From Planctomycetota bacterium (GTDB taxonomy: Bacteria; Planctomycetota; MHYJ01; WSZJ01), in assembly GCA_038060895.1 (NCBI GenBank), contig JBBTCT010000022.1:192001-256000 (forward strand): a stretch of 64,000 nt of DNA, written 5' to 3'. Below the pieces are notes generated by a model that searched no databases, had not been told where the DNA came from, and was given only the letters and a program-made list of their open reading frames with translations. A program made the position numbers and the translations under genes. Numbering within the stretch: the stretch's first letter is position 1; every line of letters begins with the position of its first letter. Shown one piece after another: positions 15,454-25,958 of the stretch.

Positions 15454-15936
15454 ATGCTCCTGCCCCTGATCGTGCTCGGTCTCATCCTCATGGCGACGCC
15501 CCTGTTCCAGGTGGTGCTCGCGCTTGTCTGCGCGGCCATGTACTGGAACCCGGCCCAGCCCCAGAAGATCGGTGAGGCGCCCGCGAGAGAGCCGGGCCCG
15601 AGGAGCCCCTGGTACAAGGACACGACGGAGTGGGAAACCCGGCGAAGGATGCTCCTCTGGTGGGTGGTTACGTTCATCGTTTTCGGCGGCGCGGCGGCAA
15701 GCGTCCTGCGCATGGCCAACGATGGGAGCCTGAAGGAACCGTTGGACCTGGCCGCGTTCGTCGTGGGCCACGCATTCTGGTTCGCCCGGCCGCTCATTCT
15801 CTTCCGGCTGATGATGGCCCCCGACGCAGGCTTGCGGCGCCGCGTCCTCTCCCTGGAGCTGGCGTTCACCGCGCTCTACACGCCGGCATGCCTCTTCCCG
15901 CTGCTCGCCTTCTTCGACATCGGTCCCTGGAAATAG
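15454..15936 (+). CDS. Hypothetical membrane protein
   Basis: RBS GAGGAG; four hydrophobic segments. Confidence 0.6.
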   Translation: MLLPLIVLGLILMATPLFQVVLALVCAAMYWNPAQPQKIGEAPAREPGPRSPWYKDTTEWETRRRMLLWWVVTFIVFGGAAASVLRMANDGSLKEPLDLAAFVVGHAFWFARPLILFRLMMAPDAGLRRRVLSLELAFTALYTPACLFPLLAFFDIGPWK

Positions 15937-16065
15937 CCTCACGTCTGCAGGGTCAGCCAGCATCAAGCCAGGTCGAGGGACTTGGACGGCTCGACCGTTC
16001 CTACGGAACCTTGACCCCGACGTGCGTCCTGCGAAGCTCGCGGGCCGCTTCAAAGGAGGAACGAC

Positions 16066-17382
16066 ATGGCCGACACGCTGCCCGACCCGAATTCTGACCT
16101 CGCCGCCCTTCGCAACGTCCCGTACATGGGCGTGATCTACGTCGTGGCCGAAGCGGTGAAGCTCGGTTTCCGCAACGGCCACCCGGAGTGGTGCAACCTG
16201 GGGCAGGGGCAGCCTGAGATCGGGGAGATGGCGGGGGCGCCGAAGCGGATTTGCGACGTGCATCTTGAGCCGGCGGATCATGCCTATGGGCCGCTGGAGG
16301 GAACGCCCGAGCTTCGCGAAGCGGTCGCTTCGCACATCAACCGGCTGTACCGCAAAGGGAAGAAGCCGTACTCCGCGAAGAACATTGCGATCGCGCAGGG
16401 CGGGCGGCTGGCGCTGACGCGGGCGATGGCGGCGCTGGGAAGCGGCACGGTCGGGTATCAGCTTCCGGACTACACGGCGTACGAGGACATGTTCAACATG
16501 CACCTTGCGCGGCTGGGGCCGATTCCGATCCGGACGCGGGAAGCGGACGGGTTTGTGCTGACGGCGGAGACGCTGGAAAGGGAAGTCGCAGACCGGGATC
16601 TCGGCGCGGTCGTGATTTCAAACCCGTGCAACCCGACGGGGAACGTGATCCAGGGCGAAGAGCTGTCGCGGATGGTGGCGCTCGCGGGCGAGCGGCGGGT
16701 GACGCTGCTGATGGACGAGTTCTACTCGCACTTCATTTATACGGCAGACGGCAAGCCCGGCGCACGGCCCGTGAGTTCCGCAGCGTTCGTCGACGATCCC
16801 GACCGCGATCCCGTGCTGATCTTCGACGGCCTCACGAAATCGTTCCGCTACCCGGGCTGGCGCATCGGCTGGGTCGCCGGCCCGCCCGCGATGGTCGAGT
16901 CGATGGCCCGCACTGCGAGCGCCATCGACGGCGGCCCGTCGCGCATCGCCCAGCGCGCGGCCCTCATGGCGCTCGAGCCGAAGCGCGCCGACCAGGAGAC
17001 GACGGCGCTCCGGAAAGTGTTCTGCGAGAAGCGGAATCTCATGGTGAAGCGGCTCAAAGCGATGGGAGTGCGCTTCGCCGCGGAGCCGCGCGGGACGTTT
17101 TACTGCTGGTGCTCGCTCGACCGGCTCAAGCCTCCCTTCAACGACGCGATGACGTTTTTCCGCAAGGCTCTGGAGCGGAAAGTGATGACGGTGCCGGGGG
17201 AGTTCTTCGACGTGAACCCCGGCAAGTACCGGCGGAACCCGTCGCCGTACAAGCAGTGGATGAGATTCTCGTTTGGGCCGCCGATGGAGAACGTCGAGAT
17301 GGGATTGGGGCGGATAGAGGAGATGCTGGGCGCTCGCGGCAAGGAAGGGCGTGTTCGTGGGAAGAGGGCGTTGGCGAAGTGA
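16066..17382 (+). CDS. PLP-dependent aminotransferase class I/II
   Basis: SNPCNPTG, DEFY, GLTKSFRYPGWRIGW. Confidence 0.92.
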   Translation: MADTLPDPNSDLAALRNVPYMGVIYVVAEAVKLGFRNGHPEWCNLGQGQPEIGEMAGAPKRICDVHLEPADHAYGPLEGTPELREAVASHINRLYRKGKKPYSAKNIAIAQGGRLALTRAMAALGSGTVGYQLPDYTAYEDMFNMHLARLGPIPIRTREADGFVLTAETLEREVADRDLGAVVISNPCNPTGNVIQGEELSRMVALAGERRVTLLMDEFYSHFIYTADGKPGARPVSSAAFVDDPDRDPVLIFDGLTKSFRYPGWRIGWVAGPPAMVESMARTASAIDGGPSRIAQRAALMALEPKRADQETTALRKVFCEKRNLMVKRLKAMGVRFAAEPRGTFYCWCSLDRLKPPFNDAMTFFRKALERKVMTVPGEFFDVNPGKYRRNPSPYKQWMRFSFGPPMENVEMGLGRIEEMLGARGKEGRVRGKRALAK

Positions 17383-17406
17383 GAGTGCTGGTGCCCGGAA
17401 ACAGAT

Positions 17407-17548
17407 AACTTCAAATTTCAACATTCAATTTTCAAGCAACGGGAAAACTGCAAGACGACAACCGCAAGGCCCGCTCCGCCAGCGGTTCTTGAAGTTGAAA
17501 GTTGAAGTTCTCCGTTTGCTTGAAACTTGAAAGTTGAAGGTTGAAGTT
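17407..17548. repeat. Imperfect palindrome built of TTCAA/TTGAA heptamer units
   Basis: aacttcaaatttcaacattcaattttcaagcaa ... ttgcttgaaacttgaaagttgaaggttgaagtt. Confidence 0.7.
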
Positions 17549-17601
17549 CTCCCTTTCCCGCCGTCCCGCGCGCCCCGTCATTCCTGATACCCTTCGCTCC
17601 C

Positions 17602-19695
17602 ATGCCCCGCCTCTCCTTCCGCATCGCCGTCCTCTGCTTCCTCACCGCGGCCTTCCTGTTCGCGTGGGGCGTCCTCACCCACTCCTTCCCGCCGGTGCTC
17701 GGCCAGTCGCTCATGACCGCGATGGGCGCCGGCGTGGGCGCCGTGCTCCTCTGGATCTACGTTCGCCCTCCGCTGCCGAAGCCCGGCTTCGGCCCCGCCG
17801 CGATCGCGCTCATGGCCGCTTCACAGGTCGCCTACTACCTCCTCGTCTGGACGGACGCGAAGCAGCAGGGCGACCTCTGGCGGATCTGGTGGGGCGCGGC
17901 GGTGCCCTCGCTGGTCGCCGCGCACCTGCGGGTCATGCGGATGCTGGAAATCGACTGGACCACGCGCTTCGGCAAGATCACCGCGGCCGGGATCTGCCTG
18001 CACGGGCTGTCGTGGGTTTTGCTGGTGTTGCGGAAGGACATGATGGCGGATCCGCCGAAGTGGTACTTGGCGATCATGGCGGCGTTCGGGGGGACGTCGG
18101 TGGTCTGTTCGCTGATGGTGTATTACCGGTATCGCAAGGCGCACGCCGGGCTGCTCTCGGTTTTTCCTCTCTGGGCGCGGTGGACGGCGTTCGGGATCTC
18201 GCAGGTCGTGCTGGTGCTCGCGGGGTTTTACATCGGGCGGATCACGGGCGGGGACGAAGCAGTGTTCGAAGCGTTTCCCTCCGCGCTCGCGGGTATGTCG
18301 CCCGAGGAAATCGAATTGTCCGTCCGCGCCGACGCGGCGCGGCTCAAGACCGTGACGGCCGGCATCGACGAGGTCTCAGCGCGCTTCCCCGGCCTGCGCG
18401 CGAGACTCGAAGGCGCGATGAAGGCGGAACGGCGCGAGTACCTCAAGGCGCCCGAGGACGACGATCTGCGCGCGACGTACATGACGTTCCTCACGTACCG
18501 GTCGGCGCTTCTCCGGCACGTCGCGATCTACTCCGGCTTCGAGGCCGTGCGCGACCCGGCGCTGAAGGCACGCTGCTTCCTGGTCGCCTATGCGGCCGCG
18601 ACGGCGCTTTTCGAATCGTCGGGCCGGCTCGTCGTCACGTTCCAGACGTGGAGCATCGCTCGCAGCAAGCTGAACGAGCCCGACTCGCGCTGGGGGATTT
18701 CGTCGGGGATATTCGACCGGATTGCCGCGAGCGTCGGCTCCGACTCGAACGTGGAGCGCTTCGAGGAGATGGCGGCCTACTACGAAGGGCGCAAGTCGCT
18801 CTGGCGGGAGGACGGAGTCTTTCCGCCGGAGGAGATGGACTGGTTCGAGCAGCGGATTTCGAAGGGGATCGAGGCGGCCCGGGCGCTGGACGTGCACTCG
18901 CACCGGAACTGGCTGAGGCGGGTGGTTTCGAAAGTGAGGAGCGACGCGTATTCACCGGTGTACGTCGTGCAGTCGCAGCTGTCGCAGTGGATCGGGGACA
19001 CGCGCGTGGTCGCGCGGCCGCCGCTGATTCGCGCGAAGCAGATCGGTGAGTTGCGCGCGAAGATGCAGCCCGGGGACATCATCCTGGAGCGGCGGAACTT
19101 TTTCCTCTCGAACGCGTTCCTGCCGGGGTTCTGGCCGCACGCGGTCATGTATGTCGGGAACGAAGAGGAGCTGAAGGCGATGGGGCTGCTCGAGAATGCG
19201 GACGTGAAGGCGAAGCTCGAGGCGTGGCGCAAGCCGTGCGAGGACGGGAACCGCCATGCGGTGATCGAGGCGGTGAGCGAAGGCGTGATCTTCAATTCGC
19301 TCGAGCACTCGATGCATGCGGACTTCGTCGCCGTGCTGCGGCCGCGCGTCTCGAAGGAACTGAAGGCCGCGGCGATCGCGCGGGCGTTCGCGCACGAGGG
19401 AAAGCCGTACGACTACGAATTCGACTTCAAGACGACCGACAAGCTCGTCTGCACCGAGCTCGTCTATCGCTCCTACGAGGGCACGGTGCACTTCATGCTG
19501 CAGCACGTCATGGGGCGCGACACGCTTCCCGCCGTCGAGATCGCGCGCAAGTTCCGCGAGGAACGCGGCGCCTCAGGGCAGGAACTGGATTTTGTCGCGT
19601 TCCTCGACGGCCGGCCGTCCGAAGGCGAAGCGGTGTTCGCGAGTGAAGAGGAATTCTGTAAGTCTGTGGATCGACCGCGGGAGTTTCACGAATAG
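17602..19695 (+). CDS. Membrane protein with a C-terminal permuted papain-like (YiiX/YebB NlpC/P60) domain
   Basis: QPGDIIL, GFWPHA, IEAVSEGV, GKPYDYEFDF, LVCTELV. Confidence 0.85.
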   Translation: MPRLSFRIAVLCFLTAAFLFAWGVLTHSFPPVLGQSLMTAMGAGVGAVLLWIYVRPPLPKPGFGPAAIALMAASQVAYYLLVWTDAKQQGDLWRIWWGAAVPSLVAAHLRVMRMLEIDWTTRFGKITAAGICLHGLSWVLLVLRKDMMADPPKWYLAIMAAFGGTSVVCSLMVYYRYRKAHAGLLSVFPLWARWTAFGISQVVLVLAGFYIGRITGGDEAVFEAFPSALAGMSPEEIELSVRADAARLKTVTAGIDEVSARFPGLRARLEGAMKAERREYLKAPEDDDLRATYMTFLTYRSALLRHVAIYSGFEAVRDPALKARCFLVAYAAATALFESSGRLVVTFQTWSIARSKLNEPDSRWGISSGIFDRIAASVGSDSNVERFEEMAAYYEGRKSLWREDGVFPPEEMDWFEQRISKGIEAARALDVHSHRNWLRRVVSKVRSDAYSPVYVVQSQLSQWIGDTRVVARPPLIRAKQIGELRAKMQPGDIILERRNFFLSNAFLPGFWPHAVMYVGNEEELKAMGLLENADVKAKLEAWRKPCEDGNRHAVIEAVSEGVIFNSLEHSMHADFVAVLRPRVSKELKAAAIARAFAHEGKPYDYEFDFKTTDKLVCTELVYRSYEGTVHFMLQHVMGRDTLPAVEIARKFREERGASGQELDFVAFLDGRPSEGEAVFASEEEFCKSVDRPREFHE

Positions 19696-19737
19696 GCCCT
19701 TCGACCAGGACAGGCTCGCAGAGGCTTCGGTCGAAGA

Positions 19738-21372
19738 TCAGCGCTCGATGACACCACCGTCGTCGGCCTGTGTTTTCCCGGAGACACTGGTCCCCGTGAG
19801 CTTGACGTGTCCTGCTTCGACCGCCCGCACGTCTCCCGTCACGTCGCACTCGACGAGTTCGATCCGCGAACACGTTCGCGCCACGACGAGGCACGTGATT
19901 TTGCAGCGCACCAGCCGGATGACACTGTCGTCGTGCGCGCCGACGTAGCCGCCCTTGCCGTCCACCGTTGAATCCTCGAGCTCGATCCGCCCTTTGCCGA
20001 AGGTCATTGCTTCGCCGATCGTCGATTTGCGCAGTCGGACCACGGCGTCGTCGGAAGCGTAGATGTTCCAGGCTCCGACGGTGGCGTTGCGGAAGACGAG
20101 CGCGCGGTCCGGCGCAGGGACGCGCCACTCGGCCATCGCGCGGCCGTTCTGGAGGTCGTCGATCGTCAACGCCGTCTTGTGGCCGAAGAGCAGCCCCACG
20201 GCCATCGGGTTGCAGTCCTCGACGGAACCGGCCGCGTCAGGGAGCGACAGCAGCGTCCACTTCACTCCTTTGCTTCGCTCGACCGAAACGTTCAGCCCGT
20301 GGCCGCTCTTCCAATTGGCACCGACGTCGGGGCCGGGGAAGCGCATCGCGCCCGTGAGATTCGCGCCGAACGTGTGCCAGAGGATGACGTTCTCGCAGTC
20401 AGAGACTTCCACCGTGCCGCCCGGTGCGATCACGAACTCCCCGGGGTTCTTCGTCTTTGAGAGCAGGATCTTCGCCTTCGGAGGCACGTCGCCCGTGAAG
20501 CCGCCGATGCACTCGACGCCGGTCATTGCGACCGTCTGCGCACCGTCGAGTTTGAGACCGGCGGGGAAATGAGTGAAGACGAGCGCGTCGTGGAACGAAA
20601 GACGCGCTTCGCCGGAAAGCCGCACGTCGCGCTCGTGCTGAAAGCGCTGCAGGATGTCGACCACGCCGCCGCGGAACTCTGCGATGCCGCCCTGGAGGGA
20701 GATCTCGCCGCCCGCCACGAATCGTGGCGCGGTGACGGTGAGCTTGCCCGGCTTTTTCACGGTGATGCGGCCGGTGTGTTTCCGGCTGGTCGCGACCAGT
20801 TGCTCGGTCTCGACGACCCACTCGCCCGTGGTTTCGTCGATCGGTGCGCGCACGACGCGGACTTCGTCCACACGCAGTTCGTTCCGGCCTTTTGCATTCC
20901 CGACGATCGCCGCCGCGTCGAGCATGACCCACCCCGTGCCCAGCCGCGCGGAGTCGAGGCGTTCCTTCTTCACCGCCGAGTCCGCGTTCAACGCAAACTT
21001 CCCCGCCTCGAGCGTCACGTCCGTCCAGGCGCCGCCGACGAGGCGGAACGGCTGGTTCCACGTCGCGCCGTCGCGGTCCTTCAGGACCACCACCCACGTC
21101 CCCGTCTCGTCCGAGCGGATCCGGAGGCGCAGCTCCTTCAACTCCGTCAGCAGCGCGTAGTTCGCCAGCGGCGCCATCTTCGACCGCTCGTAGCCAAGGA
21201 CCAGGTGACCGCCCTCCGCCTTCAACTCGGCCTCGGCGGGCTTGTCGCCTCCCGGAAGCGCCGTCTGGAAGCCGTCCGCGGAGTCGCAGGCGAGGATTTC
21301 CTCGTCGTCCCCGGCGAAGGCCAGGCGGGACAGGAGCACCAGCGAGGCGACAAGGGAAGCGCGCATCATCAC
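19738..21372 (-). CDS. Secreted protein with a carbohydrate-binding-like N-domain and a beta-helix-like C-region
   Basis: Signal peptide; beta-rich repeats at the C-terminus. Confidence 0.6.
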   Translation of the reverse strand: MMMRASLVASLVLLSRLAFAGDDEEILACDSADGFQTALPGGDKPAEAELKAEGGHLVLGYERSKMAPLANYALLTELKELRLRIRSDETGTWVVVLKDRDGATWNQPFRLVGGAWTDVTLEAGKFALNADSAVKKERLDSARLGTGWVMLDAAAIVGNAKGRNELRVDEVRVVRAPIDETTGEWVVETEQLVATSRKHTGRITVKKPGKLTVTAPRFVAGGEISLQGGIAEFRGGVVDILQRFQHERDVRLSGEARLSFHDALVFTHFPAGLKLDGAQTVAMTGVECIGGFTGDVPPKAKILLSKTKNPGEFVIAPGGTVEVSDCENVILWHTFGANLTGAMRFPGPDVGANWKSGHGLNVSVERSKGVKWTLLSLPDAAGSVEDCNPMAVGLLFGHKTALTIDDLQNGRAMAEWRVPAPDRALVFRNATVGAWNIYASDDAVVRLRKSTIGEAMTFGKGRIELEDSTVDGKGGYVGAHDDSVIRLVRCKITCLVVARTCSRIELVECDVTGDVRAVEAGHVKLTGTSVSGKTQADDGGVIER

Positions 21373-21400
21373 CGCTTACAGCCGAATGAGGACCCGGGTT

Positions 21401-21742
21401 TCATGCCTTACGCCGCCCTTCCCACGCCGCAAGGACCTTCTTCGGCGCGATCGCTCGCCAGGCCTGCTCGAGCAGGTGCGCGTAGTGCGCCTTGCCGATT
21501 CTCGAGAACTGCACGATCAATGCGCTTCCGCCGAATGCGCTCTGGAAGGTCACCGGCTCCGAGTCGGCCAGCGTCGCGGTCCGGTCAGCGCCGAGGCGCA
21601 GAAGCGCGCCCTTCCGTCCTCCCGGATGGATCGTCGCAAAGATCTTCTTCCGTACGCGGAAGTCGGCAACCTCAAAGTGCGACGACTCGACTGCTTCCGG
21701 GAACGAAAGCGCGAGCTTGCGCACGGCGTCTTCGGTGATCAC
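21401..21742 (-). CDS. MmcQ/YjbR family protein
   Basis: LALSFPEAVE...DFRVRKKIFATI...LLEQAWR. Confidence 0.85.
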   Translation of the reverse strand: MITEDAVRKLALSFPEAVESSHFEVADFRVRKKIFATIHPGGRKGALLRLGADRTATLADSEPVTFQSAFGGSALIVQFSRIGKAHYAHLLEQAWRAIAPKKVLAAWEGRRKA

Positions 21743-21766
21743 GCGTCAAATGTACACTGGATCCGC

Positions 21767-21865
21767 ATGAGACAGATCATCACGCTCGGCGGCGGCGGCT
21801 TCAGCATGGAGCCGGACAACCCGCGGCTCGACGACTACATCCTCCGGAGCACGGGTCGCAAGCGC
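21767..21865 (+). pseudogene. N-terminal fragment of peptidase E (S51)
   Basis: MRQIITLGGGGFSMEPDNPRLDDYIL matches the PepE start; similarity ends after 33 codons. Confidence 0.7.
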
Positions 21866-22633
21866 GGTAGTCAGCCCGTCGCTCGAGAACAGCTGTCCGT
21901 CGACCTGGAGTTGCTTCAGCATCACGATTCCGAGCACTGCCGAGACGATGCCGAACACCGTTCCGCCGCCGCCGAAGAACATGACACTCCAAAATGAGGG
22001 AGCAGAATTGACGGCATGGGGCGCAGGCTGCCCGCGGAGCCTGACGGTTATTGCGAGAGTTACCATGACGACGCCGATCGCAAAGAGCGGCACCATCGTG
22101 CTGAGCAGGCACTTCAGCGCGTACTCAATCGGATCCATGACGAAGAATGGATTCCCCTCCAGGCTTGCGAGTCTCGCAACTAGAGCCTGGAAGAGCGTGG
22201 CGATCGACATGAACACGCCGACGCTGAGGCAGAGGGACGCCGGGACCCCCGAGCCGCAGGACAGAACGACTGGGATCCATGCGAGTGACGTCAGAGTGCC
22301 CACCAGCATGGGACCGAAGAGAAGGGAATAAGCGACCAGGTAACGAACGATTCCGCGCGGCTGCCACTTCATGATGTCAATGTCCCGCCAGAGCTTCTCG
22401 GCATCCTCGAGGTCCCCGTTGGCAATAAGCACCGAATTCAGAGCGCCGACGGACGTGCCTGCGATGTACCGGAAATCTGACAGTCCCCTTTCACGGAGAG
22501 CTTTCCAGGCGCCGATCTGGTATCCGCCTTTGAATCCTCCGCCGCAGAGAACGAGTCCGATTCTTCGGCCGGCAAACTTCCCATGGGCATCGACAGCCAC
22601 AACGTAACCCTCCCACGAAGTATCCTTCCCCAT
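21866..22633 (-). pseudogene. Patatin-like phospholipase with TM insert, 3'-truncated
   Basis: GLVLCGGGFKG and AGTSVGA present; catalytic DGG motif absent; the frame runs into the antisense pepE fragment. Confidence 0.65.
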
Positions 22634-22742
22634 TCTCGCATCGGTGGGGGGGGCGGGCGAAGGATCCCGCCTGGACACTACGGGCCGAGAACGACCTTCG
22701 GCCTTGCGACCACCCCCGCACCAGCGTAAGCTCTTCCCCCCC

Positions 22743-24110
22743 ATGCCCACCGGCAACGTTCACTTCATTTCGCTCGGCTGCCCGAAAAACCTCGTGGACA
22801 GCGAGGTGCTCCTCGGCCGGCTCGTCCTAGACGACTTCGCCGTGTGCGAGAAGGCGGAGGACGCGGACATCATCGTCGTGAACACCTGCGGTTTCCTCGA
22901 GGCGTCGCGGCAGGAGTCGATCGGGGTGATCCGGGAAGCGTGCGAGCACAAGAAGAGCGGCGGCGCTTCGGGCGTGGTCGTCGCGGGGTGCCTGGCGCAG
23001 CGGGACAAGGACTCGCTCGTCGCGCTTCTGCCGGATGTGGACGCGTTCCTGGGGATCATGGGCGAGGACAAGATCGCTGAGCTCTGCGAGCAATTGACGC
23101 AGCGCGTCAAGTCGAAGCGGAAGAGGTCGCCTGCGAAGTACCAGGTCGAGCGCAACGACCGCGAGTGCCAGGCGGACGTCGGGCGGCTGCGCCTCACGCC
23201 GCGGCACACGGCGTACGTGAAGATCAGCGAGGGGTGCGACAACGTGTGCACCTTCTGCATCATCCCGAAGATCCGCGGGCGGCACCGTTCAAAGCCGGTG
23301 GAGATGGTCGTCAAGGAGGTCCGCGAGCTTGCGGCGGACGGTGCGAAGGAGATCAACCTGATCGCGCAGGACACGACGAGCTACGGCAAGGATCTCTACG
23401 AGAGTTTCGAGCTGCCCCGGCTCCTGCGCGAGGTCGCCGCGGTCCCGGGCGTGCGCTGGGTGCGCCTCATGTACGCGTACCCGTCGTATTTCACCGACGA
23501 GATGATCGACGCGCTCGCCAGCACGCCCAACGTCGTCCGTTACGTCGATATGCCGCTTCAGCACATCTCCGACCCGATGCTGAAAGCGATGAAGCGCAAC
23601 ATCACGAAGGCCGAGACGCTCGACCTGATCCGCCGCCTGCGCGAGCGCGTTCCCGGCCTCGTGCTGCGGACGACGTTCATCGTCGGGTTTCCCGGCGAGA
23701 CGGACGGGGACTTCGAGGAACTGCTGGCGTTTGTGAAAGAAGCGAAGTTCGACCGGGCGGGGGCGTTCAAGTACTCGCCGGAGAAGGGGACGCCGGCCGG
23801 GCGGTATGAGGACCAGGTCGCCGAGGACGTGAAGGAGAAGCGCTTCGACCGCCTCATGCGCGCGCAGCAGGCGGTTGCGTTCGACCGGCAGAGGAATTGG
23901 CTGGGGAAAGAGATCGAGGTGATCGTCGAGTCGCGCCAGGGCCGGCGCACGGTCGGGAGGACGGCGGGGGACGCGCCCGACATCGACGGCGTGATCTACC
24001 TGACGGGGAAGGATCTGCCGATCGGGGAGATCATCACGGTGAAAGTCACTCGCGCGGAGGGCTACGACCTCCACGGGACGGCAAGCGTCGCCGAGAGCGC
24101 GTTGCGATAG
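22743..24110 (+). CDS. rimO: Ribosomal protein S12 methylthiotransferase
   Basis: SLGCPKNLVDSE, VNTCGF, CDNVCTFC, TRAM domain with APDIDG. Confidence 0.95.
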   Translation: MPTGNVHFISLGCPKNLVDSEVLLGRLVLDDFAVCEKAEDADIIVVNTCGFLEASRQESIGVIREACEHKKSGGASGVVVAGCLAQRDKDSLVALLPDVDAFLGIMGEDKIAELCEQLTQRVKSKRKRSPAKYQVERNDRECQADVGRLRLTPRHTAYVKISEGCDNVCTFCIIPKIRGRHRSKPVEMVVKEVRELAADGAKEINLIAQDTTSYGKDLYESFELPRLLREVAAVPGVRWVRLMYAYPSYFTDEMIDALASTPNVVRYVDMPLQHISDPMLKAMKRNITKAETLDLIRRLRERVPGLVLRTTFIVGFPGETDGDFEELLAFVKEAKFDRAGAFKYSPEKGTPAGRYEDQVAEDVKEKRFDRLMRAQQAVAFDRQRNWLGKEIEVIVESRQGRRTVGRTAGDAPDIDGVIYLTGKDLPIGEIITVKVTRAEGYDLHGTASVAESALR

Positions 24111-24161
24111 AACAGACGGCGCCGGGGTCTTCACGGAAGTCCTCCCACGAAAGGAACGCCC

Positions 24162-24809
24162 ATGTCCCTGCCACGCATGCTGCTGACCCTCCTGGCGCTC
24201 TTCGCTTTCTCCGCGGTTTGCCGAGCCGAGGATGCGGCCGCGGAGAAGAAAAAGGCCGAAGCGGCCGCGAAGGAGAAGAAGAAAAACGACGCGGAGCTCG
24301 CGAAGCTCGACGCGCAGATCAAGAAGACGCCGGACGATCCGGCCCCCCACACCCGGCGCGCTCAGCTGCTCATGAAGATGGAGCGCTGGAACGACGGATA
24401 CGACGCCGCGCAGAAATCGATGCAGTGCTCCATCAAGGCCGGGGACAACCTCGCTTCGATTGCGCTGGAGAGCATCGAGCTCGAAGGCGGATTCCGCGTC
24501 GACGTGGTCTTCAACATGGGCTCGAGGGAGCGCAAGCCGCCCGAGATGGGAATCGTCCGGCCGCTGACGTTCCGGGTCATCCAGAAGGCGGAGCCGGCCA
24601 TGAAGGAGTCCAAGGACATGCTTCTGGAGTCGATCGACTTCGAGCTCGGCTACATGGGCACGAAGGCCGAGACCGCGGCGTTCGGGATCACCGATGGGAG
24701 GGAGCACAAGAACCTCGGCATGCAGAAGGTCGACATGTCGTACGGGGAGATCCGCACGGGCCTCATCGACCTGGTCCGGCGGCGGCACCCGCCTGAAGAG
24801 ACGAAGTAG
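24162..24809 (+). CDS. Secreted protein with a TPR-like segment
   Basis: Signal peptide and a helical repeat. Confidence 0.7.
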   Translation: MSLPRMLLTLLALFAFSAVCRAEDAAAEKKKAEAAAKEKKKNDAELAKLDAQIKKTPDDPAPHTRRAQLLMKMERWNDGYDAAQKSMQCSIKAGDNLASIALESIELEGGFRVDVVFNMGSRERKPPEMGIVRPLTFRVIQKAEPAMKESKDMLLESIDFELGYMGTKAETAAFGITDGREHKNLGMQKVDMSYGEIRTGLIDLVRRRHPPEETK

Positions 24810-24835
24810 CCGCGCGACGGGAGTAGAATCAGGGC

Positions 24836-25162
24836 ATGAGTCCCGTTGCCATCCTGCGCCGGCGCTGTCCGCGGTGCCGCCGCGGAAAGATTTTCGCGGG
24901 CGTCCTCCGGATGCATGCGCGGTGCCCGGAATGCGACCTCGGGTACTTCCCGGAGCCGGGGTACTACCTCGGCGCGATCTATTTCAGCTACGCGCTGAGC
25001 ATTCTCATCGGCGCGCCCTTCGCGATAGGGCTCTTCCTGGCCGGCCTCACCTACTGGCAGGCCATCGCGGGAACCGGCGCGCTCTTCTGCCTTCTCTGGC
25101 TCCCGATCTTCCAGTACTCGCGCGTCCTCTGGCTCCACTTCGACAACGCGCTGACCGGGTAG
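24836..25162 (+). CDS. DUF983 family protein
   Basis: CPRC...CPEC, EPGYYLGAIYFSY, SRVLWL. Confidence 0.85.
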   Translation: MSPVAILRRRCPRCRRGKIFAGVLRMHARCPECDLGYFPEPGYYLGAIYFSYALSILIGAPFAIGLFLAGLTYWQAIAGTGALFCLLWLPIFQYSRVLWLHFDNALTG

Positions 25163-25339
25163 CGAGGATCCGTCCGGGCGCCCTGCGCGCGCTCTCTGGC
25201 ACAGCGGTTGCAATCCGTCCCGAGTGAAACGCGGAAACCGCAAAACACCGGTGGTTCGCCGAGGGACAGGGGCACTTTTACCGGGGTGCGCCCTCGGCCC
25301 GGCAAGTCCTACCTGACTCATTTTGAAAAGGAGATCGCC

Positions 25340-25942
25340 ATGAAGCTGAGAATCGCATTGAGCGCCGCCGCCGTCGCGGCATTGACCGTCAGCATCCTCC
25401 TGCCGCTTCGGTCAGAGGACAAGGCCGCCGGATCGAGCCCGAAGACAGGGAAGGAAGCGCCCGAGTGGATGCAGACCGGGCCGGAACACGCGCAGCTCGT
25501 CTCGCGCGCGGGCACCTACGACGTCACGGTGCACTGCCTGGCGAGCGCGACAACGCCCGAGAGCGACAGCGTCGGCAATGCCGAGCTCGAAGTCATCCTG
25601 GACGGCCGCTTCCTGCAGCAGTCCTTCGAGGGCGAGTACAACGGCCAGAAGTTCAAGGGCCTCGAGATCAGCGGCTACGACCGCGTCTCGGGGAAGTACA
25701 CGAGTTTCTGGTTCGACTCGCTCGCCACGGCGAGCATGTCGTTCACCGGCGAGGGCAAGAACGACGGGAAATTCGTCGAGTACAAGGGCCAGGGGATCGA
25801 CCCTGAGACGAAAAAGGTCGTCCACACCCGGAGCGTGCTGAAAGAGAAGAGCGCCGACGAGTTCACGATCGAGATGTACTGCGACCGGGAAGGTTCCGAG
25901 AAGAAGACGATGGAAATGACCTACAAGCGCCACAAGCCGTAG
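25340..25942 (+). CDS. DUF1579 family secreted protein
   Basis: GPEH..L, ILDGRFLQQ, GYD...KY...WFDS. Confidence 0.85.
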   Translation: MKLRIALSAAAVAALTVSILLPLRSEDKAAGSSPKTGKEAPEWMQTGPEHAQLVSRAGTYDVTVHCLASATTPESDSVGNAELEVILDGRFLQQSFEGEYNGQKFKGLEISGYDRVSGKYTSFWFDSLATASMSFTGEGKNDGKFVEYKGQGIDPETKKVVHTRSVLKEKSADEFTIEMYCDREGSEKKTMEMTYKRHKP

Positions 25943-25958
25943 TCGATACCGATCCAGG

